NCBI RefSeq assembly: GCF_016433145.1
Contig: NC_058130.1
Span: forward strand, 696,605,427 to 696,669,307
Direction: 5' to 3'
DNA: 63,881 bases
From: Gracilinanus agilis
Lineage: Eukaryota
The translations under genes and the position numbers were made by a program. Of the stretch, positions 38,641 through 50,700 are shown piece by piece; within the stretch, counting starts at the first letter, position 1, and every line of letters begins with the position of its first letter. A model generated the notes under the pieces. It ran no database searches. It saw nothing but the letters and a program-made list of their open reading frames with translations, and was not told the origin of the DNA.

Positions 38641-40119
38641 TTCGTTATCAGGATTGTGTGGATTGTTCTCTATAATTTTTAAGAGTGTAAAAGGATCCTG
38701 AGCTCAGAAAGTTTGATAACTTACTCCTGTGCTAGACTCTTTTCTAAGATACAAGTTGTCGAGTAGTACTAACCTGCATTATTATTAGTGGGAATTTCCT
38801 CATCAAGAAGCTTTCTTTATCAAAGAAATAATAGATTCTGTCCTTATCCCTCTTGTTCTCACATCCTAAATATGGAGAGTCAGTGATAATCCCAAATTGC
38901 AAATATGGGAGACATACATGATGGTGGTATAAGAAAAAGAGTGAAGAAAGAGCAAGGGAAGATAAGAAGCCCAGTTTTGAGTATATGTATTTGAGTATGA
39001 TATTTGTTTTAGTTAGCATGGAGATGTGTGTCTGGAGTTCTGGTCTGGAATAGATATTCAGATTTGGGAATTATCGGTGTAGGTGGTAGTTGACTGACAT
39101 TGCCTTGTGAAGGATAGACCCTTGAAGAATAAATGATTGCTGAATTGAATCCCCTTCTTCCTTCTCCAGCTAGCCCCACTGGGCGATCAGGACCTGCTTT
39201 GGATAGAACAAGAAAGTGGCTGAAGGATCAACAAATAGAGTCAGAGAACAATTGGGAACGGTTGCTGGGGCTAGTAGGAAGATATGCAGACTTGGATATT
39301 TTTGCCTTAGCTACCTTATTGCAAGGTACTGACCCAATCAAGAACTGTGACCTCTTAGATCCGTGACATGTCTGTGGGGAGGTAGTGCCAAAGAATGGAA
39401 AGAGCATGGGAGGCAACACTGGAAAACTTGGTTTGCCAGTCTGGTACTGCCTCCCACTGACCTTGGGACCTTGAGTCAGTCATTTGACTTCTCTTGAGAC
39501 TTGCAAATGGGAAATAGTTACCCCCACCTTGTCTTCTTCCCTGGGTGAATACTGGTTAGAAAGCACTTTGGCCATTTTTCAGGATCTTAAAGATGTAAAA
39601 TGATGATGATGAGTGATGATGATGATTCTTTTGTGAAACTGAAATGAAAACATCTGGTCAAAAAAAAATTTTAATACCTTACCTGTATATCAATTTGAAG
39701 GCAGAAGAGTGGTAAGGAGTAGGCATAAGTAAGTGGCATAGCACTAGGAAGTGTCTGAGGCCAAATCTGAACCCAACGCCTCCAGTCTCTAGGCTTGGTT
39801 CTCAATCCACTGAGCGACCTAGCTACTCCCAAACCAGCCTGTTCTTATAGCCTAGTAAGCAATTTAATTAGGCTTATAGGCTAAGTGGCTATCCCTGGGA
39901 TAAATTTAGGGGGGAATTGTACACAGAAGGTAATGTAGGGCAATGGAAATAAAAACTAAAATTGGACCTGGGTTTGAATCTACTCTGTTACTGTATAACC
40001 TTGGACAAGACACCTAACCTTTCTGAACTCAAGTTTTTTAATTCAAAAACAAGATTGAACTAGATGATCTATCTCTAAGGTCCCTTCTAGCAAAAAATTC
40101 AAGGTTCCTATAATGACAA

Positions 40120-40271
40120 CTTACATTTATATAGTGCTTTAAATTTTGGATTTTACTTTACACATGTTATTTGAGCCTCACAACAACTCTTATAGTAGGT
40201 ACTACAGGTATCACAAATTCCTTTTACAGATGAGGTGAGTGAGGCTCATAAATTGCTTTATCCATGACTAC
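40120..40271 (-). mobile_element. MIR, left part (right part at 42706-42770), split by the ERV
   Basis: cctcacaacaac...ttttacagatgagg...catgactac | atagctgggaattgtcagagg...gactccc reads as one MIR when the ERV is removed. Confidence 0.75.
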
Positions 40272-41152
40272 TGTTCACCTCCTTTAACTGCTTCCTAAGG
40301 CTTTCAATTATGGTATCTTTTTCATCACTTCCCCTTTCTTTCTCCTATGCAAACACATAAGTGGCTTTCTGTTTTAACTCATCCAGGCTCAAAAGTTCCC
40401 AATCAGGGTAATTATCTGTAAAGAACTTCTTAACCTGGGGAACAGAATTCCTAACAAATATTCTCTTAATGTGTTCCACTGTGGTATCTTCTAAGATATT
40501 CATATTTAAATACATCTCGGCTGCCTCAATTATTCTATCTAGGAAAGTTGCTGGGGTCTCTTGTGCAGTCTGCCTGATTCTCTCAAATTTAGACCATGCG
40601 TTTGGACGCTTTGAGTGTTTCTCCAAGATTTTTATTAATGACTTTCTTGCCTGTTTTAACATTCGGTATATTGGAACTGAATTGAGGTCCAGTTCCTCCC
40701 AGGCTACTGGCCATGATGTCATCCCTTCTGTGTTCCTGGTCTCTTCAACAAACTTGACCCTATCATGATTTGACAAGATCTCACCCAACACATACCAGCA
40801 ATCCTCAAAGTCAGGGTCATGGGCTTTTATAAATGCCTTAAAGATCTTAACAAACTTCCCAAAATCATCGTGGAAATTTGGGATCTTTCTTTTTAAATTT
40901 TCTACATCCTCTAGTGTGCTGCCTCACATGGAAAATGCCATCATCATGTACAATCGGAAGGTCACCAAGGGGAAAAAGATTAATGGGTTTATCACCCTTG
41001 CTTTGTGCCTGCTGTTCCAACTCTACCTTAGGTTTATCTCTATTACCAGTAATACCTGTTTGTGTAAATACAGCCATATTGTCATTATTAGGAGGACTAA
41101 GAGGTTGACCAGAAACACCACCATTCTGCATGTATAATTCCAGATTATCCAT
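40272..41152 (-). pseudogene. gag: ERV gag (capsid) pseudogene, one frameshift and one premature stop, truncated before nucleocapsid
   Basis: ...LFPL...HVRQH / frameshift ~40915-40925 / TLEDVENLKRKIPNFHDDFGKF...AHDPDFEDCW...WSKFERIRQTAQETPATFLDRIIEAAEMY (major homology region)...KATYVFA*EKERGSDEKDTIIESLRKQLKEVN. Confidence 0.85.
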
Positions 41153-41918
41153 CTTGATTTGTAATATGTAATAATGTTATTTTTTGTTTATTTGTTTAGT
41201 TTCTGAGTCTCTACAACACCAAGCCACTATCATTTTGCAACAATACATAATATGGAAGAACATCCACCTTAATTTAAAAACAATATAACTAGTAAGAATA
41301 ACGACTGGTGTATGTGACAGCAAATCCAAGATATTAATAGTTAAAATAGGTTATGCTATTTCAACATTCATCATCCCCCTACAATACCTGGTATGATTTT
41401 GAACCACAGGTATGGGATAGCCAATACTCCTTGCCACAATGTCAAGATGACATAATTAATCCAATCCTCAAACATCATTGTTCCCATCATTGCCCAAACT
41501 GACCGACCGTATACAATATCAGTGTTATTATTAGCCACAATTACTGACTAATAACAACTAAGAACAACAATCAATAACAATAACCAACAACAATTACAAT
41601 TACAATAAAGCAATAGAGAACAAAACACACAAAAAAATGGTAAAAATCCCTTTCTCTGGGGCTACTCCAGGTCTGATAGTATTTTGCCTTCCCACAGAGA
41701 TTTTATGAATGACCTGGGGTGGGGGCTGAGCAGCTCTGAGCAGTGCACCACTAGTTAAGAACTTTCAGCTCACAACCAATAGCTGAACCTCCTCATGGAA
41801 TGTTTAGATCTTCTCAGTTTCCTGTGTGGCTCTGGCAGCCCAAGAGAACATTTCCTGTCTGTCTCTCTGTTACCCTGCCATCTGGGAGTGACAAACTGTA
41901 ATAGTGTGGCACCAGGGA

Positions 41919-42705
41919 TGTTAACTATTATTATTAAAATGCAATCTAAATGGTTTGTGGGTTCACACTGGGTTGAAGGAGAGACAGGACCAACCAGGAT
42001 AAGGAGACCAGGGTTTACTGCCAAGCTGTTAACTGTCACAGGAATGGCAGTTGGCCCAACAGTCACTCAGCCCTCCTAGGCTAGGGTCTATGGAACCAGC
42101 AGGCAAAAAGGTAAAAGTTTATAACAGTTTAATTGAGGGAAATAATAATGAAGGATGGGAATAAGGGATTCTATACTTACAATCTAAGGGAAAACCACAG
42201 GGGCAGGGGAAGGACTTGACTACACTATTCTACTGACCTAAGCCAGGCAGGGCCCAAAGGAAGCAGTACTGAAGTTACAGGGAAAGCTCCTCCAAACCTG
42301 GTCAGCTCAGCTACATGGCCTGAGGATGGCCTTCAATTGGGATCTCACGGTAAACCCAAGGATGGTCACAGGATGCCAAGAGCCAACTCCACCAGGTGAT
42401 CTAAGGTACCCAGGTAGGGAGAGTGAGTTTGAAATGCCGTCCACCAGATCACAAACCACTTCCCCACTTGGTGCTGCTCTGCAGGTCTATTGTCCACTGC
42501 TGAAAGCCTCCACCTTTCAGGATGCCAGGGAATCTGGATGCAGTTTTCCCCTAACTCTGAGATGTCCCAGGGTTAGCAACAGTTATGTCCCCAACCACTA
42601 ATGGAGTCTCTCTCAGAACACAAGTCCCACTTCCTGCTCCTTCATTCCATCTTGGAATCCTTCAGCCCTTCCTACTAAATTAATTGCTAAATAACCCTTA
42701 CAACA
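41919..42705 (-). mobile_element. 5' LTR of the truncated ERV (inner edge 41919 or 42027)
   Basis: Minus-strand ATTAAA (~42128-42133); two candidate U5 ends gttaaca, each followed within 3-4 nt by TGG; neither PBS matches a tRNA 3' end well. Confidence 0.65.
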
Positions 42706-42869
42706 CTACATAGCTGGGAATTGTCAGAGGTGTGATTCTTATCCACATCTTTTGACTCCCAAGTTCACTATGATTTTCAAATTTATCACTTTGATAGTTC
42801 TTTTGTTAAGATGGCTTTGTGAAAGTGGAAGAAGAGCCCTGTCCTCCCACTTTTATCCTGGTGGTGAGC

Positions 42870-43715
42870 TAAAAAAAGCCCATGATTGAAAAATATCTAA
42901 GGAGAAATAAATAAGCTCTGCCATCCAAACCAGGGCTAAACAAAAAGATAACTAGATACCATGGATGTTGGAAGACGGGTCTTGCCAAAGAATCTGACAC
43001 AAATATAAGCAAACAGTTTGCCTGGGAAAACTCTAGGAAGAGTAGTAGACCATTGTTGTACCCTAGCTGGGATAGGGTTGCATCCCAGAACATGACAAGA
43101 ACTACCTTGATTACAAAAATTCCAGGGGAAATCAGCAGTCCCAGGGGAACACTAGTGGGCACAAAAGAGAATAATTGTGAAGGAACATCACCCTTCATGC
43201 CCTAGTGAGGGACAGTGAACTACAGTGATTGGGTATGCTGAAGGCTGCTGGAGATAGACATAAAGAGAAGATGATACTAAACATTATGAAGAAATATTAT
43301 GGGTCAAGAATTATTCCAGAATAACACCCCAAAGTAGAAAATGATGCCACAACTACTACAGGTAGAGGCTCAGAATCGAAAAATGGTTTGTTCACAATGA
43401 GTATAGGAATACCAAAAAGAAGTGAACAAAGATATGACAAATGAAATGAAAGTTAATGTAGGAAAAGACTTGGAAGGAAAATTAATAACTTAGAACAAAA
43501 AGTATTAAATGTTACCCAAGAAACAGACTTACTGCAGATTAGAACAGAACAAAAATAAATCAATAACCCCTTGAGATAAGAAGAAATATTAGAACAAAAT
43601 CAAAAGATTGCAAACATTGAAGAAAATGTAGGATGTTTTTTATTAAAATCAGCTGACCTAGAAAAAATGTCAGTTGTAATTTTAAGAATCAAAATTGGAC
43701 TCTGAAAACCATGAT
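42870..43715 (+). mobile_element. Older L1 5' region and ORF1 N-terminal fragment
   Basis: 43500-43715 parallels 420-600 (attagaacagaacaaa...gaagaaaatgtagg...ctgacctagaaaa...aatttaagaatc...aaccatgat). Confidence 0.7.
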
Positions 43716-45444
43716 AAGTAAAATCATGTCCTTTCACTTTCCCAACTCAGTTTTACATTTTTCTGTTCTAACCAATGAGATTAGATCAGATGATTAAAAA
43801 AAAAAAAAGAATTCAGAGAGCACTTTATTCCTTAGAAAATACTTGACTTAAAATGTCTTGTTTGATTTTGATAATGACCCTGTGAGGTAGGCACAGTGTG
43901 GGTAGTCTTGTTTTATTTTTATTTTTGTGGATCAAGAAATTGAGGCACAGAAAAAGTAAATGATTTGCCTAACATTATAGAATAGTAGATGGCAGAGATC
44001 TATGTTCAATTGTTACTGATGAAGCTCCTAACTTCCTCTGTGCTTGCTCATCCTGTTATATGTATTCTTCCCTAAATCCTCTAAAAAAACTCAGATCAAT
44101 CAATTGACCTCTTCAAAGGTTACCTTTATCTACCTTCTATGTATCTTGCATGTACCAAGATAGGTACAGCTAGGTCCTTATTAATGTAAATTATGAATCC
44201 TCTGAAGTGATCACATTATTTGAATTTATGCTGTATGTTTCCATTGTGCTGGAACCAGTTACCATAGTTTATATAATTATAACTTTAAATAGTGCAACTC
44301 CAAATATATGCAACCACTTCGAGGGTTCATTATTAGCACTAATTTGTGATGTGTCATCTCCCTGCATAGAAGAATCAGGTTGGGATTGTTTATGCTTTTT
44401 CTTTGTATCCCCACATACTGTTTATGTATGCCCATTGCCCACCACAGTGCCTCACACAGAATAAGTGCTTAATAAGTTCTTATTTTTTCATTGATTCATT
44501 AAATGTTTACTATGTGCTAGGTATTGTAATAGACACTGGGGATACCAAAACAAGAATGATTTGGCCCCCTCAACAAGCTCATGTTTTGTAAGGGAGACAA
44601 TATGTAGATAACTACTGTATATAATATAGGTATATACAGAATAAATCCCAAGTAATTTTGTCAAGAGACATTAGTAGCTAGGAGATCTATCTCATCAGGT
44701 CTCATAAGAGATAGTATGTAAGCTGAACTTCAAATGTACCAGAAGCCGTAAGGTCTTTTGGATCCCAAGGCAATTCCACTTCCCATTTTCTCCACACCTC
44801 ACTCTGCCTCTCTTGAGAACAGTGCTTGTTCCATTTCTAAGGGAGGGAATGTCTTTATTGATCCTTCATTCAGACCTTTTGTGCTTATGTATATTGTAGA
44901 GAGACATTTTAAACTTTCTTATAAGTCAAAACATCCCTTCATATTTTGAGCTTTTTTGATTTGTCAGGAACTATTCTTGGCCAGGAATGAATGTGGGTGT
45001 AAATTGCAGCCACACCACTAATTCTTGGTGTGATCTGGGATTGCTTAGCCTCTCTTGGTCTCAGCTACTTCCTTTTTAAAATGGGAGGTTCAATTATGGA
45101 ATTTTGAGGTTTGTTCTAACACCTAGTGAGCTACATGATTCACTGTCATGCAGGTATAAGAACAAGGTCCTTCAGAGCCCAACTTCATGTTTACTCTAGT
45201 CCATTATCCTAGCCTACCCCAGGCCAGGGCACTAAGGACCTTTTGAGATTAGACCATGGTCACCTTCTCTGATCAGGTTCTTACAGCTTAAGGATAGCCT
45301 AAACTGCTTCATCTGCCCCCTGAGAGCTGTACAAGTCAGGGATTTCCTGAAGCCTTTGGTAAGTGACAGAGCTTTGTGAATAACAAAGGCTATTATGGGA
45401 AACGGAGTGTGGTTAAATCTGTCTGTGTCCACTACCAACTCCCC

Positions 45445-45826
45445 ATCTCTCTTTCTCTGTCCTTTGTCCCTCTCTCTCTTCCACTTCTTTTATCCTTCTT
45501 TCTTCTCTCCCTCTCCTCTATTTCATCTTCTTTAATTTTTCTCTCCTCTTTCCTTCTGTTTCTCTCCCCCCTCCTCTCCTCTGTACTTTCCTTTTCTCTC
45601 CCTCTCTTCCTTTCTTCTCTGTCTCCTTTCTGTCTTTTCTCATTTCTCTTTCCATCCCTTCTTTCTTCTCCCTCTCTTCTCTTCCTCTATCCTCATCCTT
45701 CTTTTTTCTCCTACCCTCTCCTCCTCTTTCTCTTCTCTCTCTTCATTTCTCCTCTCTCTTCTCTTTCCCTCCCTAATTTCCTCCTTTCCCCTCTTTCCCT
45801 TTTCTAGCCATTCCTCTTCTCTCTCC
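45445..45826. repeat. ~380-bp polypyrimidine (CT-rich) tract
   Basis: Nearly all C/T on the + strand. Confidence 0.95.
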
Positions 45827-46197
45827 ATCAGGACCTTATTCAATTCCTGGCCAAGTTACTTGAGCTGTCTCACTTTGAGCTGGTGTGTATTACGCTTGTG
45901 CATGTGCCTGTGTGTGAGTCTCCAGTGAGCTTTTCTGACAGTGAAATGAAACAAAAGTACTAAGGGACCTTAGAAGAGAGACCATTGATCTAACTATTTG
46001 AAGGCCTCTTATGTAGAAGAGGGATCAGACTTGTCTTGCTTGACTCCAGTGGGTAGAAGTAGGAATGGCAGGTGCTAAGGAGCTGACTTAGGTTGTCCTT
46101 GAGAGGAAGTTTCCTGATAATTAGAGCTGTTAAAATGTCAAAGGCTGGTTCAGAGCATTGTCAATGCTCTTTATCTAGAGCAGGAGTTCTTCATTTG

Positions 46198-47268
46198 TGT
46201 TATAGAGAAATAAGTGAGTCTTTGAATCTTAGATTGGGATAAAAGGTGAATGAGGTGATAGGAGGAGGAATGAAAGGGATAGCTGAGTTCAGGGAAGGAA
46301 TGAATGAGGTGATATATTGGATGGTGAGGGAATAGGTGGGTATTCAGGAGAGGCAGCTTAAAACAGGCTAGAGGCTGAGGCTAGAGACAGATACTGGGGA
46401 AGATAGGCTGAACTCTTCAAGGCAGGAAAGGTATCCCTATGGACACAAAGGAGTTGGGCCAGTCCGAAGTGTTTAAATCTGCCTTGAAGGCTTTCTCTTG
46501 TTAGTTTCTAAAGTCCCTTGAGGGAGGAGTTGAAAGGCTCCTCCCTGCCAATGAAAATGATGGCAGCAGGAGGAAGTCTCAGGTAAGGACTTCCTGCCAA
46601 GATGGATGCTCACAGTTCCCTCAAGAAATAAAAGAGAAAATAATTTCTTCTCTCTTCAACCCTTGCTTAAATTTTTGACACAATGATTCACGAGAGGGTT
46701 TGAGTAGGTAACAAAGGGGTTTTATTAATATTAGGGTCAATCAGAAAGCAGAGAGGGGTTTAGGGTTTTGTATTAGATGCTAGGGAGAAACTGAAGCTGG
46801 GGGAAGGTTCAGGATAGGGTTAGACTGAGGGAGAGCCTGCTCTCCCAGTCCAAAGATTTGGCTGCCTTAAAGTAAAGTATATACTAGATCAATAAAATAA
46901 GGGATAGGTTGATTTAAAGATGTCTTACTTGTCTACTGAAAACTAAACCCACAAAGTCTAATCACCAAAACCAAAACCACCCTTCCTCCCAGAGCCCTAA
47001 GGGAAAATCAGGTAAGATAATAGGGGTATAATATGGAGAAGGTCAGGGAGAGGTCCAGAGAAATCAGCTAGGTTCAAATTGCCAGAGACAAAAAGCACAG
47101 GCCAAAGCAAAGCCAAGAGCCAAAAGCAGAGCCTCAGTTGGACCTTCTGCTCTCTTCCAGCCTCAGGTTCCAACTGACTTTCTGTGAACATTCCAAGAGT
47201 TCTAACTGCCAGGAAGTTTACAGTTGACTCTTGCAAGAGCAAAGCCTCTGTTGCATCTTTGCATTACA
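46198..47268. mobile_element. LTR-type insertion (long solo LTR or composite), 1071 bp
   Basis: TG(ttatag) at 46198, (catta)CA at 47268; perfect TSD tttg at 46194-46197 and 47269-47272. Confidence 0.7.
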
Positions 47269-47689
47269 TTTGGCATCCTTGATCATGTTTTTTTTAAATA
47301 ACATATATATTGTGGACATCAAAGTGGTTCAGTGAATTGAGAGCCAGGCCTAGAGACAGGAGGTCCTGGGTTCAGTTTGGCCTCAGACACTTTACTTAGC
47401 TGTGTGACTGTGGGCAAATCACTTAACCTCCATTGTCTATCCCTTAAACCTCTTCTGCCTTGGAACCAATACACATTAATGATTCTAAGACAGAAGGTAA
47501 GGGTTTAAAAAACAATCCCCACCCCCAACATATCATATATATTGATAACTATTTCAATGTTTGTTTCCCTTTTTCATCCTGATTATTTTATTTTATGAAT
47601 TTAAAGACATTATTCCAAGAATAACCTATTCAATAGGTTATACTCGACTGCCACAAAGTGTCCATCACACATTCACACCCATACCCACA

Positions 47690-47772
47690 TGCCTGTGTGC
47701 ACACACATGTGTGCACACACAGACATATGCACACACACATGTAAGACACATACACGCACACACATGTACACC
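47690..47772. repeat. Imperfect (CA)n / RY-alternating tract
   Basis: gtgtgcacacacatgtgtgcacacacagacatatgcacacacacatg... Confidence 0.85.
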
Positions 47773-50700
47773 CATGCTATGGATTTGAGCTTGGAAGGTC
47801 CTGTGGGAAAGATTTCTCTGCCCCCATCACCCTGTTTTTGTAAACTTCATTCTTATGGCTTTGAAAAATAGGCTGGTAGGTCTGACTCTTGCCGGGTCAT
47901 GGGAAGATAGAATTATTGGGGATGTTTTAGAGCAAATTCTCAGGTATGAATTAGATGGTCTCTGAGATCCTTTCCAAGTCCAAGATTGTCTGGTTCCATT
48001 TAGAATGTAGGAACATAGCAATATTAGAGTCAGCAGGACCAGAATGTTGAATCTGTAGTGGATCTTAGGTTAGAAAATATTAAGAGTTGCGAGGAACCTT
48101 AAAAATAGAGAACCATAGAATCTTCTAGAATCTAGAACCCAGAAGGTAAGACCTACAAAGGGATCTCAAAGATATTTAATTCTTTTATTTTATAGATGAG
48201 GAAACTGAGACTTTGGGAACAGTGACTTGGTAGTTTATGCTGCTGGTAATTAGAGCTCATCTCAAATCTAGATTTTTCTGACTCTTAACTCCAGTGCTCC
48301 TTTGAGCCTGGGCTAGCTGCTTCTCTGAGGTCACAGCTTTGAGTCCCCATGCAGGTCACCTTGGAGTGGTGACAAGGAGTCTGCCCATCATCCTTCCAGG
48401 AGACAGCACTGGGACCAAGAATAGAAACACATTTCTGCCCTTCCTTGAGAGATGGCTAGTGCTTCTTTCTGTCCTAGGCGTTAGCCTGCCCTGTGGGGAT
48501 TCTTGGCTGTTTTCTTTTTTCCTTGTTTATAATAATAGCAGCTCACATTTCTGCTGTGCTTTAAGGTTTTCAAAATGTTCTCAGAATATCTTGGTGAGAT
48601 CGGTATTGCAGATAAAGAGCTTCCATTTTACAGATTGTGAAATCGAGGCACAGAGAAGTTCTTTTCTTGATTAGGTTTACTTCCTTGAGTAGGTTTACTC
48701 TGCCCAGGCTCAAGGACTCCCGAATTTTCTGTCAGTTCTCTTTTTACAATACCACTGTATCTCTCTAAAAGTGTGCTAGGCATTGTAGGGGGTACATAGG
48801 GAGAGTTCAGTTTTCCAAGTATTTATTAAATGTCTACTGTGTTTAAGGCACTGTGATTTAAACTGAGGATACCAAATTGGAAAACAGCATAGCCCCAGCC
48901 ATCATAGAGCTTACAGTCTAGTAGGTGATGAGACATAGGTACAAATACTATTGATACTGCATATGTTAAAATAATAAAGTACAAAGATGTTCATCTTGTC
49001 AAAGAAAAATATGAATAGTAATCCCATACTCTAATCAAATCTGACAGAAACAATTAATATTAATTTGTATTCAAACCATTTCTGTTTTGGAGAGAGGTCC
49101 AAACTAGCATAGAACAAATTAGCCTTTTGATATGACTACTCCCTGCCCCAAGAAGATTTCAGGTAACATGTAGGAATTTTGGATAAGGAAAAAATACATT
49201 CTTGGTTAATATTCCATTCTATCCCCCCTGGAGTAATGAGACCTCCTCCCAGAAATCTGTGCTGAAAATCTTATAGAATTGAAGGCTGAGATGTCTCCCT
49301 TTCAATGGAAGAGAGCACTTGCTTTGGGCCATTCCAAGAGTCAATCCTTCTGGCGTGGAGAAGGAAATGGTCTTATCTAGATTAGAGCTAAGAGTCTTCA
49401 CCCTTAATTCATTTCCCTAAGAAAAGCCTTTTTATACTCTATCTAATCACCTCCCTTTCCAAAGGACTTTTCCTAGAAGTCTGGAAAGGACTTTAGAAGA
49501 AAATATAATTTCTTAATGTCTAATACTTAATAATAGTACCCTAGTAGTAATGATAGTTCACCTTTATATCATGCATCCCTCTGAGATTCCCTTCCACTTC
49601 CACTTTATATATCTTGCGTATAAAATAGTTATTTGCATATTATTTTCCCCCATTAGAATGTGAGCTCCTTGAAGGTAGGGACTGTGTTTTTGCCTCTCTT
49701 TTATCCCCAGTATTTAGCACAATACTTGGCACATAGTAGGTGCTTAATAAATATTTGCTGAATTATTGACTTTACTAAATCCTTTCTATATTCCAGAAGT
49801 TGGTTGGATCCATGATCATACTCCTCCCTTTGGTGCAGATCTTAACTCTCTCTATACCATCTCATAAGATCATAGATTTAGAGCTACCTGGGACTTTGGA
49901 TCCAACCCTCCTATTTTACAGATATTACATTTTATTTTTCCTGAACCTCTCCCTTTGGGGAATAAATGAGACTCATTCCAGAGATTTGTGCTGAAAATCT
50001 AACAGAATAGTAAGTTGAGGTCCATAGAGTTTAAGTGATTTGCATGGGGTCATGTGGTTAGTGAGTACTTGGGGGTAGGATTTGAACTTAGGTCTTCCTC
50101 ATGGCAAGTCCAATAGATATACCAGGTTGCCCTTCAAGAGATCCCTATGTGACTTTTGTCCTTGTTAATTAGGAGGATCTACCCCTCTGCTGGAGGGGCT
50201 TCCTCTAGTATATTTTATATAATTATAAATATATCAATATTTTATGAGAACCAGTCTCATCTTTTGGTTATCTATATGTTTCCCTCACCTTGTTACATTA
50301 CTGGCCTAACCAACCTGTCCTGATCATGTATGTTTTTAATTCATGGACTTGGAAGGCACTTTATAAATCATTTGATTCAGGGGTTCTTAATATGGGATCG
50401 AGAAACTCCCAAGGGGTTCAGGATATCCATGAACCTGGGTGGGGGGGAAAATGCATCTTTATTTAATATCAATGGTTTCTTGTGTAATATCGCATATTTT
50501 ATTTTTTTGCATTGAAAAATGCCATTTTATAAAGGGTACCATATGCTTCAAGAGATTGCCAAAGGGGTCCATGATACATTAAAAGTTAAGCATTTCTTAA
50601 CTCATTTGTTAGTTGATTAGCGCTTGTGCCAGGCATTGTGTAAGCACTGAGAATATGAAAAAAGACAAAAATCAACCAGTCTCTGGTCTTTAGGAGCTCC

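Larger units (their letters stand above)
40272..42705 (-). mobile_element. Truncated class I (gamma-like) ERV: one LTR, leader, partial gag
   Basis: Bounded by TG (40272) and CA (42705); perfect 4-bp TSD ctac at 40268-40271 and 42706-42709; gag capsid homology inside. Confidence 0.85.

Noticed and set aside
40345-40347. TAG as the gammaretroviral gag-pol readthrough codon
   Set aside because: It precedes the charged capsid tail with no nucleocapsid zinc knuckle upstream and no protease downstream; a premature stop is more likely.
44240-44305. Possible NUMT: gtgcaactccaaat and tccattg..ggaacca resemble mitochondrial tRNA-Leu(CUN)
   Set aside because: Only a 14-nt exact match, expected by chance against a 16-kb mitogenome in a 64-kb window, and the two blocks are ~35 nt too far apart.
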